A DNA stretch of 63,994 nt, filler included, from Basidiobolus ranarum (taxonomy: Eukaryota), in the NCBI GenBank assembly GCA_040143965.1. It is 6 parts of 6 records of this genome, joined end to end, with 100 filler letters (N's around TTAATTAATTAA, not from the genome) between each part and the next. Parts side by side here need not be neighbours in the genome. Positions count along the whole stretch, not along the records: positions 43,291 to 53,994 come from JASJQH010007550.1; positions 54,095 to 63,994 come from JASJQH010007641.1; 4 more parts are not named here. One strand, written 5' to 3'. The notes below the pieces were generated by a model, which had not been told where the DNA came from, ran no database searches, and was given only the letters and a program-made list of their open reading frames with translations. Made by a program: the position numbers and the translations under genes. Every line of letters starts with the position of its first letter. Position 1 is the first letter of the stretch. This document shows positions 52,205-63,994 of this stretch, in pieces.

Positions 52205-53994
52205 TTACATCGTTCTCCCCGTTCCATTCGACCTTAGATTAGGCCCCGGTCGAAACCTTGGATTGCCTGGCTCCATCTGTTCTCTAAACTCCATGTGTGA
52301 GGGATTGATGGGATATCTCGGTCTAGGTTGATGATTTGGATCGAAGAATTGGTTAGGTGCCGCCCCTGGAAAGAACGGTCTTTCATATGCATATCCTTGG
52401 TTTGGCGGCACCCCTTGGTAGAAGTGAGGATTGTAGTAGGGAGAAGGGACTCCTGGCCCGGGTGGGATTCCATTTGGAAATCTTTGGAAAGCTCCGCGAC
52501 GATTCATTTCGAATTCATTCAAAGGTGGTCCCCTCATCGGATTTGCCAACAATGGATCAGGATAGCCCGGACCTGGACCTGGACGATATTGGCGCCCTTC
52601 AGGAGGCCAGTTATTCATACCAACAGAACTAGGCCGCGGGTTGGCTGGGTTCATTCGTCCTCTCGGGTTAGATTGTGGCGAAGTATCTAATGGTCTGAAG
52701 TTTGGATGTTCGTACGAGTGTGCTAATGGGTTGAAATTATCTGGCGGTTGATTTGACATGGGAAGTGATACTGGTGCATGGAACGGCTCATGATGAGGCT
52801 TTTTCAAGAAATCGTCAACGTGAACCGATGGTAGACGAGCAGCATTGGCTTTCCGTACCCCATACGGATTCCGAAATTCATTATTCTGGTACGCTTTCCC
52901 TCCACCCAAGTTCTTCCGGTGTGGCTCCTCACGAGCTAGCGTACTAACATGGTGTGGTTCGAATGGAATGATGACCGGAGCTCCCTCCTCATCGCTCTCC
53001 TCCTCATAAACCTTCACTCGCTTTCGGGAAGAAAACCCGGGGAACATTCTGTGCGCATACACTTTGAAGTCCTGCACCTCTTTCGAGAAGTAGAACATTT
53101 CTTCGTAATCATCATGATATACAAAATCTTCCCATACTAAATAAAGTGGTGGTTTAATCAGCAATTCATTCAAGTTATTCTAAATGGAAATTACAACTTA
53201 CTTGGCGAACTGGTCCAATCGCGAGATTTCAAAAAATCGGCTAGACTACGTTTGCGTGTTTGAAAGATTCCTTCTAAACCAACAAAGCAAGCTTCAATTC
53301 CATCGAATCGCTCATCAAATCTATACGAACCTGAATTACTCTCCAAATGCAACGATTGTGTCACTTCTAGAAGCCAATGGAGTAATTCACATAACGGCTT
53401 CAACAGTTCAGTTGCTTCATCCATGCTATTCTCGCTGGACTTCAAAACTTCTTGACAGGCCTGTCCCAACTCAATGCAAGTCTTAAACGGACCCAGTAAA
53501 TTTGCAAAAAGGGTGATTTTAATGTCTTCGTTGGTTTGGTTAGCGGTAGCATGACTTCTCCATTGATCGTAGAGTTGTTTAGTCAGGCCAAGTGTCTGCT
53601 TCAACTTCTCCAAGACGAAAGGTTGCTGGCTACCAAGAGACAATTCCTTCATCGTGTCGTTCATGATAGCATTGATTGCGTAACAGAAGTCAGGATTGCT
53701 CAGAATTGTCAGTGTGCCAATGACCGAATGGGATATGTCTGTCAACATGTCGAGCGCTCTGGTTCGTAAGCGTGCATGCTTCTCGCTCTGAATCCATCCC
53801 AGAAGATTGGAGATCAGTTCGGAAAGTTGTGTAGATTGGATGTCGAATTCAACTTTGCTATGTAACAAATCCGCGCTAGGATCATTTAAGTAAACACGTC
53901 GATCGAATTGATCCCAATGACTCGAAAGTAAATGAATGACTTCCATCGCTAGATCACTAACGAAATGGCTGGTACCGAATAGCTCTGCAATATC
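52205..53994 (-). CDS. 3' part of a Virilizer/VIRMA-like protein (m6A writer-complex scaffold)
   Basis: Helical-repeat exon, intron 53137-53201, then FRNPYGVRKANAARLPSVHVDDF (cf. VIRMA FRQRKQNTSRPPSMHVDDF) and a Pro/Gly/Arg-rich tail. Confidence 0.7.
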
Positions 53995-54094
53995 NNNNNN
54001 NNNNNNNNNNNNNNNNNNNNNNNNNNNNNNNNNNNNNNTTAATTAATTAANNNNNNNNNNNNNNNNNNNNNNNNNNNNNNNNNNNNNNNNNNNN
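53995..54094. other. Artificial contig spacer
   Basis: N44-TTAATTAATTAA-N44. Confidence 0.98.
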
Positions 54095-55114
54095 TTTAAA
54101 TTAGGCGGAGAGCAAGATGGGGCTAACAAAATTAAAGGTGGCATTAAGATGGGGGTTGTTAAATTCATCTTGCGTGCTTTAACCTCTATGGGTTATCAAA
54201 CCAGATTTAGTGTACAGCAAGCTGGACATCATGGCCTTCCGCAAAGTCGTCGTCGCCTATTCTTTTGGGGAGCCAAACGTGGATCCAATCTACCGATGTT
54301 CCCGCAGCCTTCGAATTGCTTCCCCAAACGAGGTACTCTTAATGTTAACCTACCTAACGGAGGACATTCCATCGCCATTAAACGTACGATAGGACATGCA
54401 CCACATCCACCTGTTACTGTGGCCGATGCTATATGTGATTTACCAGGATTTGAATATCGTAATCCAGCAACCATTTACAAAGTTAAGAATGAACGAAAAA
54501 GCATATTCAAAAAACTTTCAGTGAAAAGTGGTGGATACATAGGTGACATGGAAACCGAATACAGTCATCCGCCACTCACCGAATATCAGCGCCAACTTCG
54601 TAAACACGCAACGAAGTTATACAATCATATTACTAGAGGTTTTAACGAACTCACAACAGAAAGAATATGCGGGGTTCCTATGTGGGCGGGAGCGGATCAT
54701 TCTAATTTACCAGAGAAATTAAAGCCATGGTGTTTAAGTAGCCCAGACTCTGCAGCGAGTAGACATAACGGCTGGAAAGGGCTATTTGGTCGGTTAGACT
54801 TTGATGGGCATTTTCAAACTGCTTTGACGGATATTCAGCCAATGGGTAAACAAGGCACTGTGATTCATCCCAATCAAGAGCGAGTACTTTCAGTACGAGA
54901 ATGCGCTAGAGCCCAAGGATTCCCAGATGATTTTATATTTTATAATTTCAACAAGCAAGATGTCAAAGATTTACATCGACAAGTTGGCAATGCGGTTCCT
55001 CCACCACTTGCTGCCGCCCTTGGTGAACAATTAAAGTTAGCATTACTAGAAACCATTTCTGACGAAGCAGACAATGAAGCTAATAGTGCCGAGCAGAACT
55101 ACCGGTGTACATAA
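54095..55114 (+). CDS. DNMT1: C-terminal part of a DNMT1-type cytosine-5 DNA methyltransferase
   Basis: Frame open from the contig edge. MGYQ, motif VIII GLPQSRRR, TVADAICDLP, LKPWCL, WKGLFGRL, PMGKQG.VIHP.Q.RVLSVRECARAQGFPD, RQVGNAVPPPLA. Confidence 0.92.
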   Translation, partial: FKLGGEQDGANKIKGGIKMGVVKFILRALTSMGYQTRFSVQQAGHHGLPQSRRRLFFWGAKRGSNLPMFPQPSNCFPKRGTLNVNLPNGGHSIAIKRTIGHAPHPPVTVADAICDLPGFEYRNPATIYKVKNERKSIFKKLSVKSGGYIGDMETEYSHPPLTEYQRQLRKHATKLYNHITRGFNELTTERICGVPMWAGADHSNLPEKLKPWCLSSPDSAASRHNGWKGLFGRLDFDGHFQTALTDIQPMGKQGTVIHPNQERVLSVRECARAQGFPDDFIFYNFNKQDVKDLHRQVGNAVPPPLAAALGEQLKLALLETISDEADNEANSAEQNYRCT

Positions 55115-55751
55115 TTGTTGCTCAGGAACTATAATTTTATGGGATATCGAATTTCGACCTTTCAGTAGATACATTTTAACCCTTTCGTCTGGGACTTCGA
55201 CCTATGTAAATCACTTTATATGTCAGTTGTATTTTTATCTTTAAGAATTCACATCAAGCGGGTGGACCATTCCAACCTATTCATGAGGTTAGAAATGCAG
55301 TGGAATGATTATGCAGCCAATATCGCTTTATTAAATGGAAGACAACACTCTTTTGAGCCAGTGAGAAAATTGACTACTTTGATATAGAGACACAGTACCT
55401 GTTTTCAGTACAGTTTAAAGATCCGTTCAACAACCATACTTAGTGCACCATGTACCCAGTTGAAAAGAGTCAAGGAACAAACAAGGTTGGGCTATGTGCA
55501 TAAGATTCAGTCCATTGCACTGTATTAAGAACTGAATTTAATCACATGTATGGTAAGAAGAATTGAGTTCCAAAATAGATAATTTGTTAATAATATATTA
55601 GAAGTGAAAATTACTAATTTAAAATAGTTTTCTAAAATAAATGATCATCCGAGTATTATTGAACACCAAACAAACCCCACTCGATAAGATAGGTTTCAAT
55701 AGGGTAAATATCAATGATTCCTAGATAGACTATGCTCTATATTTGTTAATC

Positions 55752-56850
55752 TCAATTGATCTTCTTCCCTGCTAATTTGGCTTTTTGCATGGCTTGTTGC
55801 TTGCGATAGGTTTTGTATTTGTTATCTGTTCCGAACAAATGATCCCAAATACGGAATGAGGAAGAGTAGCAATTGACGAAGAACTGATGATGATAGTCAT
55901 GATGTTCAGCTCCTCCCCAAAATGGTACCCAGTTGTGTAGAGACCAAGGGAAATCATAACCTGAATGGGCGTCAACAGCTTGTAATAATCTGCATCCCAT
56001 CCAAGAAAGAACGGTAACAACATGCATATCTCCAGTAAAACCAATCCAAATAAGAGGTCCTCCAAATGTACCCATAGCGAGGATTAAAGTCTCTAAAGGA
56101 TGAGCATACTCAGCGGCCTAAAGATAACGGAAGATTATTAAGTGTAAACTTGGAACGCGAAATATAGTGTAACTTACCAATCCACAAGGGGCAGTGAATT
56201 CATGGTGTTGCTTGTGGATAAATTTGTAGAAAACTCCATAATGTAAAAGACGGTGCATCCAGTAATGATAGAAATCTTCGATGACAAAGAAGAATGCGAT
56301 CTGTACAGCCATTTCAACCCTAATCGAAATAACCATTATTGATTTGATTCGCCTGATAAACATCAAATGTAGACTTACAGAGATGGGAAGGGTACTTCAG
56401 TAATTTTCATACCCAAGGCAGAGACAGTAGGATGGAAGGCCATAATCATGGGAAGTTGAATGAAATGATTTTGAATCAAAACACTCTTCAAACATTTCCA
56501 GCGAACTTCATTGCTGACGGGCTTGGTCTGAATAATGAAACAAGATAAGAAACTGAACTGGATAAGGGTGAGAGTGGAACATAACAAACCTCTTGGAGCT
56601 TATACTTCTGTAAAGAAGGAATATGTTCGATAAACCAGAATGGAACATAACGACCATAATAGATGACCTGGTGAGTTATGAAGGTAATCATAGCCAGAAC
56701 GATAACATGATTCCTGCCTTCGAACAGGGAAAGCCAAAAGCTTTCAATAGCATTTGGCTGGTATTCTGAACCAACACTAGACCTACAAAATACAACTGGC
56801 AGATTAGTTTCTGGTTCTCAAACGTAATCCTTCCAAGAAGCCACTTACAT
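55752..56850 (-). CDS. ERG25: C-4 methylsterol oxidase (sterol desaturase family)
   Basis: His boxes [50 protein letters not shown]. Start codon split AT|G by intron 56783-56848. Confidence 0.92.
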
Positions 56851-57969
56851 TCTTAACGCAAGTTATACCAGGAAACGTGAAGCAAAGAAAAACGTGGAAA
56901 GAAAGGAAGTGAAAGGTACAAAGAAACTGAAGGGGCAAGGAAGTTTATGTGGGGAATTTATTTTATTTATTCTGTCCAATAACGAGGGTACTTCAGATAG
57001 GAGCAACTACAGGTTTGGTTTTAGTGTAACACTAGTACCAATTATCGAAGCTCAGAACATTCATGTATTATTTACTACTATGATTTAGCTTGTATTCCAA
57101 TGGAATAAATATTAGCTCCAAATTGATATGGTAGTGATTGGAGCTTCGATGATGGTTGATGGATTATTAATTGGTACAATGCGTTTTGCTTATATGGTGC
57201 TACGTGTAAGAAAAGAGTAGAGGCAGCACATGCCGCAATATGAGTTTAGGCGCCATCTGTTAGATATATATATTGGTTTCAATTTTAATTTGTTGCCCTA
57301 AGCATGAGAACTAAATAGCGTAGTGATGTGGGGAAGGTCCACGGTCTAGACCCTATCATCTATAATAAATAGAAATAAACATTCCTATTTGCAGCCTGTA
57401 ACGAAGGTGATATCAGACCAATGTGGGGTATATACTAGTATAAGCAAAGTGTTAAGCAGCCTAAAGTTCGCATTAATTTTCACTGAGGAATACTTGAGGA
57501 CAGGAGTACATTTATTTGATATCAGGATACATGCACATAAAATGGATAATATTGATATCGGCTATTTTGAGCCATCAATAATGGATAGATTGTAGCAGTC
57601 AACCAGGCTGAACACTGTGTTATCAAGCCAAGCTGATAAACTTAGTTTTATTACACAAGTCCAGAATAGAGTTCACACTTCACACCTTTGTAGGAAGCAC
57701 GTCTCTTGAAAGAAACTGCTCGTATTCGCAACCAGAGTCTTCTATTTAAACAAGCATTTCTAGATGGCTTGCTTCATACTGATATGATAATTTTTCATGC
57801 TTTGATGGTATTTATTCGATTCACAGATAATTTCTTAGGGATCACGTTGATTCATCATGGGTAGCAAAATTTTCCTAGTGGCTTAGTATATCATCAATTT
57901 GGTTGACCTCAAACTAGTCCAACTATAACGTGGAGCTCCAGAAACAAATAATAGAACTAAGTAATCTTA

Positions 57970-59679
57970 ATGTCGTTCCTACGTAAAAATACGCACCATC
58001 TTCTACGTTCAAATGCCTTCTCGGCCAGACGTTTGTGGACCATTGCGAGCTCTTCGCATACTAACTTACCCAAGTCCTTAGATTCCTGTTTGACTCATCT
58101 TTTCCCAAAGCACGATTCGACAGAGAAACCTAATTGTGATTTATGTCTGGTATTTGCCACGCAATCATTCAACTCTTCAGAGCTAGAGAACCTCCCCTTG
58201 GAATTGAAAAGTAAATTGAATTCCAAAGTCACAATGGGTTGTGTGGTTGATAAGATTCTCACTAAAGAGGGGTATGTTAATGGAGTTGGCCTTGTAATCG
58301 GAAACTTTGAAAATGCACAAATACAACCCTTTTACGACGATAGCAGTAAACGAAAAGCAATGAAGGAGAAATCAGTTGGACGTTGGAAGAGACCGTCTGA
58401 AATCAAAAAAGAGAGTATGGAAACTTTTGATTGGGCCAAATTCACCTCTATCTCCAGTGCCACCAATTCTTACGAACTTCCCGAAGGTTTAGATGGGTTT
58501 GTTATTTTTAATACTGCCTGAAAAGATTTTTTAATTGTATAGCATGAGCACTTCTTTCTAATTGTGACGTATATAGTGCCAAGAAAATAGAGTCCCCTTT
58601 GATTCTCATGGCTACTGATAAGGAGCCTGATCAGCTATTAGAGACTTTAGATCATCATTTTCCAGCTAGTATCAAGGTGTGAACTGTTGCTCCAAACTTG
58701 GTTATTTTCGAATAATTTTCTAACTAGCCATTTACAGTTTGGTCTCGTTGGATCTTCTACACCGTTTTCCACCGGACGGCCCGCCACACTCTACCTTAAT
58801 GATAGAGTATTTTCTAGTGGTGCAGTAGGCGTAGCCATTGTGGATAAAAAAGCGAATCTGCCAAAGGCTGCTCTTCAACTTCAGTTCCCCTCACTTAAGC
58901 ATCTTGGTAAACCGATGCAGATCACCAGGTAATAATGAATGAAGCCAACGATCACGCTGAACGAGGACCCCTGACTAACTGTCTCTCCTTAGATGTCGCG
59001 GTAATGTGATTTTAGAGTTGGATGAAGCCAATGCTACCCAGCTGCTCCTGAACAGTCTCAAAGCTGATCAATCATATAATATCAGTAAGGAGATTGATAT
59101 GTACTTGAAAATTTTCTCCATGGAGGATACGGAGGTATATCGCGCTTTCACCTCTTTTACACACTTCAAACTAACACTCGTACATATATCCTAGGGCAAT
59201 GAGTCTGCAGTAATCCATAAGATAACCTCCGGAGACCCAAGCAAAGGAACCATGTCCATCGATACCATTGCCGATCTAAAAGTTGGCCAATACGTTCAGG
59301 TATGGCATGTTTTTCTGATACATCTTAGCTCAACTTTAACAGTAATTGTGTGTGTAGTTCTTGTGTGAGAAAAACCGCGAACCTACTTTCCCTGACGACG
59401 TCACCGCAGGTAATTGTTGTAGCGATATGTTGTTGTTATTTGCTCTGGACTGATGTAGTGTGAATAACATGTCTAGGTCCCGAGTCGTTTTCTCTTTCGT
59501 TAGGTACATCTTCTGTCGAGCATATGGGAGAAGAAATCCCACGGAGTTCAAAGCACAAAGGATTTGCTGCTTATAGTGAAAATGGCTTCCATGCGAGTAC
59601 ATTCAATAAAGAATCTCGAAAGGCTACTTCGTGGACTAGCATGGCTCCTTGGAGCAACGGGAGACTTGCACTCCCATAA
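57970..59679 (+). CDS. Conserved fungal protein, FIST-like, probably mitochondrial
   Basis: Presequence-like N-terminus. GCVVD, SVGRW, GLVGSSTPFSTGRP.TL, GAVGVA, ITRCRGNVILELD, ITSGDPSKG, AYSENGF. About 7 exons. Confidence 0.6.
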
Positions 59680-60177
59680 CTATGTTTAATAAAATGTGCT
59701 ACATTCATTAATGCTACGTGAAGTTTGTAACTGTAGAACATTCGATAGCAATCAGTTGTCCACAAGGCTGATTGTTTATGTGTTTCGAGAGATCTGGTTT
59801 AAGGGATCACTGTTACTGAGGAATATTCTTTGGTCATCATTTGGATACAGTATTATATATCTGGAGAAACTCGACACACAGCTGTACGAGATTCACTCGT
59901 GCACAAACTAACCAACCTCACATCATGTCATATTGATGATTCATTCAGCTCTCGAACTCAATAGATTCTCCTATTGAAGATTTTTCATTTTTGGGAATCT
60001 TATCAATCCTTTCCTAGTTTGGCAACTCTATCCGCGATTTCCTTTTTTTTATCGATTCACTGAAATGTTACACAACGTGGAACAGAGTTAGGATAGCAGA
60101 GTTTATCACTTAGTATCGCTTTTCTGCGTGGTTAAATACCTCTCTTGTACAGTCATCTTACAGTCAAGACAGCAACT

Positions 60178-61347
60178 ATGACTTTCCTTTCTGACGCCGA
60201 ATTCCCTCCTCTCAAGAACGACTTGATTATTCGTGCAGCTCGTGGTGAGCCAACTGAGCGCATTCCCATTTGGGTTATGCGTCAGGCTGGCCGTTATTTG
60301 CCAGGTATTTCTTTAACTAGTATGTCACAGACTATTTGACGAACATTCACTCATTGTGCTTTAGAGTATCTTGAGGTCTCCAAAAAGCATCCTTTCTTCG
60401 AGGTATGCCGTACACCAGAATTAGCCACCAAGGTCACTTTACAACCTATTGACCGTTATCCTGGACTTTTGGACGCTTCCATTATTTTCTCCGATATCCT
60501 TGTTGTTCCTCAAGCTCTTGGCATGGAGGTTCAAATGATCCCCGGAAAGGGACCCCATTTCCCTTCTCCTTTAGGTAGCCCACGCGACATGGAGCAGTTG
60601 AAAAAAGAAGTTGACGTTAATGAATCTCTTGGTTACGTTTTCGACGCTATCACCATGACCAGAAAGGCACTTGATGGCCGTGTTCCTCTCTTTGGCTTCT
60701 CTGGAGCTCCTTGGACTCTTATGGCCTATATGATTGAAGGTGGCGGTAGTAAGAACTATGCCAAAGCCAAAACTTGGTTTTACCAGTATCCTGAGGCAAC
60801 TCACCAGTTGCTCCAACGTCTCACCGATGTGATCATTGATTATTTGGTGGGTCAGGTCAAAGCGGGTGCCCAGATGCTACAATTATTCGAATCATGGGCT
60901 GGTGAACTTTCCCCCGAAGATTTCAAAACTTTCTCTCTTCCATACCTTAGTCAAATCGCCACTCGTGTTAAGAGTGAATTAGAGACTATCGGTGCCAATG
61001 TTGTTCCTATGTTTGTCTTTGCTAAAGGTGCTCATTTTGCACTCGAAGAGCTTTCGGAGAGTGGTTATGATGTAGTCTCACTGGATTGGACTATTGATCC
61101 ACTGGTCGCAAAGGCCAAGACTCAAGGACGTGTCACTTTACAAGGAAACCTGGATCCTTGCATGTTGTTTGCTCCTGAAGAGGCCATCCGTGATGTTACT
61201 CGTACTATGTTGGAGAAGTTTGGCACCAAGCAACGTTATATTGCCAATCTTGGTCATGGCATGCTTCCTACACATACCCCAGAAGGTCTTAAAGCCTATT
61301 TGCAAGCGGTCAAGGACATCAGTTTGGAAATGAACGCCAAAGAATAA
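60178..61347 (+). CDS. HEM12: Uroporphyrinogen decarboxylase
   Basis: [46 protein letters not shown]. One intron at 60305-60365. Confidence 0.97.
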
Positions 61348-62301
61348 GTCCAAGAAAAAGTTTATGGATGAATTAACATTTCTGATCCCTCAGCATTATA
61401 CCCTATTTCATCGAGTAGCACTTGATTTCGTACTTAGATTTTTTCTAATTTACATGAACCACGTAACATACACATTAATAAAAGGAATATAAACTGTAGA
61501 GAAGCTTTTCTAACCAACCATGGCTATCCAAGTATTTGACTCCTTTCGGATTGTCGGAGTAATCCTTTTTTAGGGTGAAATAACCCACGGACATCAAATC
61601 TTCATTTGGGACAGACTGATTGTGTTAAGGAGATGTCGCAACAACATGACACCAGAATTCCAACGACCACCACAAATGTGTCTGTACTACTACTGAGTAT
61701 TTATGCCATACACAAGACAGTCTTGATTTAATAATTGGGACTACAGAGGAATGAACATATATCAAGTGTGGCACTCATACATAACACAGTACTCACCAAG
61801 CAATTTGATCTATGTTGAGAGTTAAGAAACACAGCATCAATAAGATATACATCTATCATGAAAATCACCAATTCCAATGAGTATTTATCAATCTTCACTA
61901 ACTGGCACTGTTTACATTTGTTATTGCACTTTACTATATTAGTTATTTAATGGAATTTATGAGACCTCTGTGATGGATACTTGTATCTATGAGATTCCCT
62001 CAATTATATGGTAACTCTACCGCACTAACAACATCAAAATGTGGAACCATTCGCTCCTTGTATGATTAAGTTTATATAGTTACATGTTCAAAGTATAGAT
62101 AGTCCTTAAGGATATGGCAGAATGAATTTCGAACTACTTAGTTATTATCTCCACAATATGTGTAGCTAGACTTTGAATATATCTTCATTATGATTGAGAA
62201 TTAAGTGGCATAATATGAGGAAGCATTTTCCTGAAGAATTTTGTGGTTTCTTGAGTTATATGCAGTGAACAGAGATAATTGTCTTCTGAAAAGACAATAG
62301 T

Positions 62302-62640
62302 TGTTGAAATTAGCATTACCTAAACACCTATATAGTCATATATAGCTTAGTACTTAGTTATCTTATAATTCACTAAGATATTATCCATTATTCTCATGAG
62401 AAATTTACTTGGAATATTGACACCAACTTAGAAGCTCTCAGATATATAGATTTTTCAAAGAAGCCCCAAACTTTTCACACATGTTCCTGGGACCTTCCTT
62501 AACACACTCTACACGTTAGTTTGTTTACATCTTGACAAAACTATAAATGTCAACTTTCTACTGAATAAATCAATAAGTGAAAACCACCAATTTCTCTAAT
62601 TCTCCAAACCACCTCCAGCAGGCTCCCAAATACTTTAACC
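62302..62640 (+). mobile_element. Solo LTR-family copy
   Basis: Starts TGTTGAAATTAGCATT and is colinear with 2076-2423 apart from a small deletion. Ends tttaacc. Flanks atagt/atatc are an imperfect TSD. Confidence 0.85.
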
Positions 62641-63247
62641 ATATCTTGGGTATACATTCAGATTTTGAGCTGTGATATTTGACCAAAGAATGTTAGGTTA
62701 GATGTGATAGATGATATGGTTGGGTGTACAAAGAGAAGGATGGCTAATATGATAGAGATAATGCATATTAATGGCTATATCACCCACTCCTTGACATATC
62801 GTTAGTACTGTGTAACATTCCTCCTATGATATCTTTGTAAGATGCAGTAGAGATTTGCTACAGTTTTCTTAACTCCATACCACTATTCTCATAAGTACCA
62901 GATATTCCATTTTGGGTGTTATTACCATTGCACTGATAACATATTGCGGTCACTAATATGAACAAGATTTACGCATTCACGTAGTGATGGCCGGTTCTTG
63001 GCCACCTCTTAAGCGATATCATACTCATATCAAGAGGATATATTGCTAGTGCATATCCGGCAGTCCAGAAGCATGGATACTTTATTTACACAGTAATGAT
63101 CTGCTTTGAATTTTATGCCAACTGGGAGTGATTCCAGGTTGCAGTGCATGATGTACACCTCACCAATGCATCTAGTTTGCTCTATTTGAAGAGAATGTAT
63201 GCAATGTTAGCGATGTTTATGATAAATACCCTCGAATATTCATCCAT

Positions 63248-63640
63248 TTATATTTGATCCAGTACTTGTCCTGACTGATTTTTGGAATTCACTTCCATAC
63301 TTAGAGAAGCTAGGAAAGATCTGAGAATTGAACGATTTGGAGTCGCTCTTTGCTCAAAATAGCATCCGAAGAAGACCATTGGCCCAAGCAGCGCACTTCG
63401 AGTAACATAAGCTATCCAGTAAAAGGTCAACCCAGCAACGGATTAGCGATTAACAACCCAGATGGGGTATATGAATGTACTCCAGTTACCACAAAATATG
63501 TACACTAAAAATACCTACTATGTACTTATTTGAGGCCAGATATCTCGTAAAATCGAGAAAGCGACAGTGAGCATGACCAATGGCGCAACCAGAATCCATG
63601 CCCTCACGCCACACGAGCGGCTATGGGCCGTCGATTCAAT
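63248..63640 (-). pseudogene. Possible degraded multi-pass membrane protein gene
   Basis: One minus frame reads AWILVAPLVMLTVAFSIL..**VFLVYIFCGNW..*SVAGLTFYWIAYV..LLGPMVFFGCYF: hydrophobic, with in-frame stops. Confidence 0.3.
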
Positions 63641-63994
63641 CCTTATGGCATAACGTAGATGGCAAATGATGCCACCTCTCTGGCCACAGGATCAACGCCG
63701 TGGATGCTACGTAGGAGGAAGAAATCTAGGTTTCTGGCCTCTGGATGTTTAACCTTTAATTAATTAACACCAGTTTGTCACCGCCATTCCCCTAGAGGAC
63801 GATATCAGGGTGCAAGAGCAACACTACCTGGACGGTGATCAGATTAATATAATACTGGCGTCATGGATACCAACGATAAGGGTTTAGGACCGCGGCCACC
63901 CACCAGCTTCATGGTTACCTCATTCGAATCCAAAGCTAGGCGTATAATTATACTGGATTCATGATATCGCGCTGTTTTAGGAGCCGGTTGCTAG

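Noticed and set aside
52205-55114. Apparent epigenetic cluster of Virilizer-like and DNMT1 genes
   Set aside because: They are on different contigs separated by an artificial spacer.
55752-61347. ERG25 and HEM12 as a sterol/heme gene cluster
   Set aside because: Two housekeeping genes separated by an unrelated gene, with no shared motif seen. Insufficient evidence without synteny.
63756-63767. TTAATTAATTAA without flanking Ns
   Set aside because: Identical to the spacer core but low-complexity and AT-only. There is no evidence of a join, so it is probably coincidental.

Overview
Eukaryotic, intron-rich fungal DNA with short (~50-80 nt) GT-AG introns and CTAAC/CTAAT branch points. The gene content (animal-like spastin, Virilizer-like protein, DNMT1, AA11-like LPMO, bacterial-type MRJP) suggests an early-diverging fungus, possibly Basidiobolus-like; this is inference. 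The window is not one locus: six contigs of about 10.7 kb, in decreasing length order, are joined by five artificial 100-bp spacers (44 N + TTAATTAATTAA + 44 N), so adjacency across a spacer means nothing. Genes: FUSC/ArAE-type membrane protein; intronless DEDDy-exonuclease-like/Ycf45-SpoIIIAA ATPase fusion; alpha/beta-hydrolase/tyrosine-phosphatase-like fusion; Ugo1-like carrier; Maf; CorA; MRJP/Yellow; AA11-like LPMO plus a pseudogene copy; ACC-synthase-like PLP enzyme; Blm10/PA200; Vps5; spastin; a Ser/Thr-rich surface protein; Virilizer-like protein; DNMT1; ERG25; FIST-like protein; HEM12. Intergenic blocks hold CpG-depleted decayed transposon sequence, including six copies of a ~340-bp LTR family (TGTTGA...TCAACA), two with perfect 5-bp target-site duplications. 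The best candidate for an undescribed system is the exonuclease-like/ATPase gene at 8878-10719 with its upstream repeat and zinc-finger relic. All family assignments come from motif recognition by eye; no searches were run.
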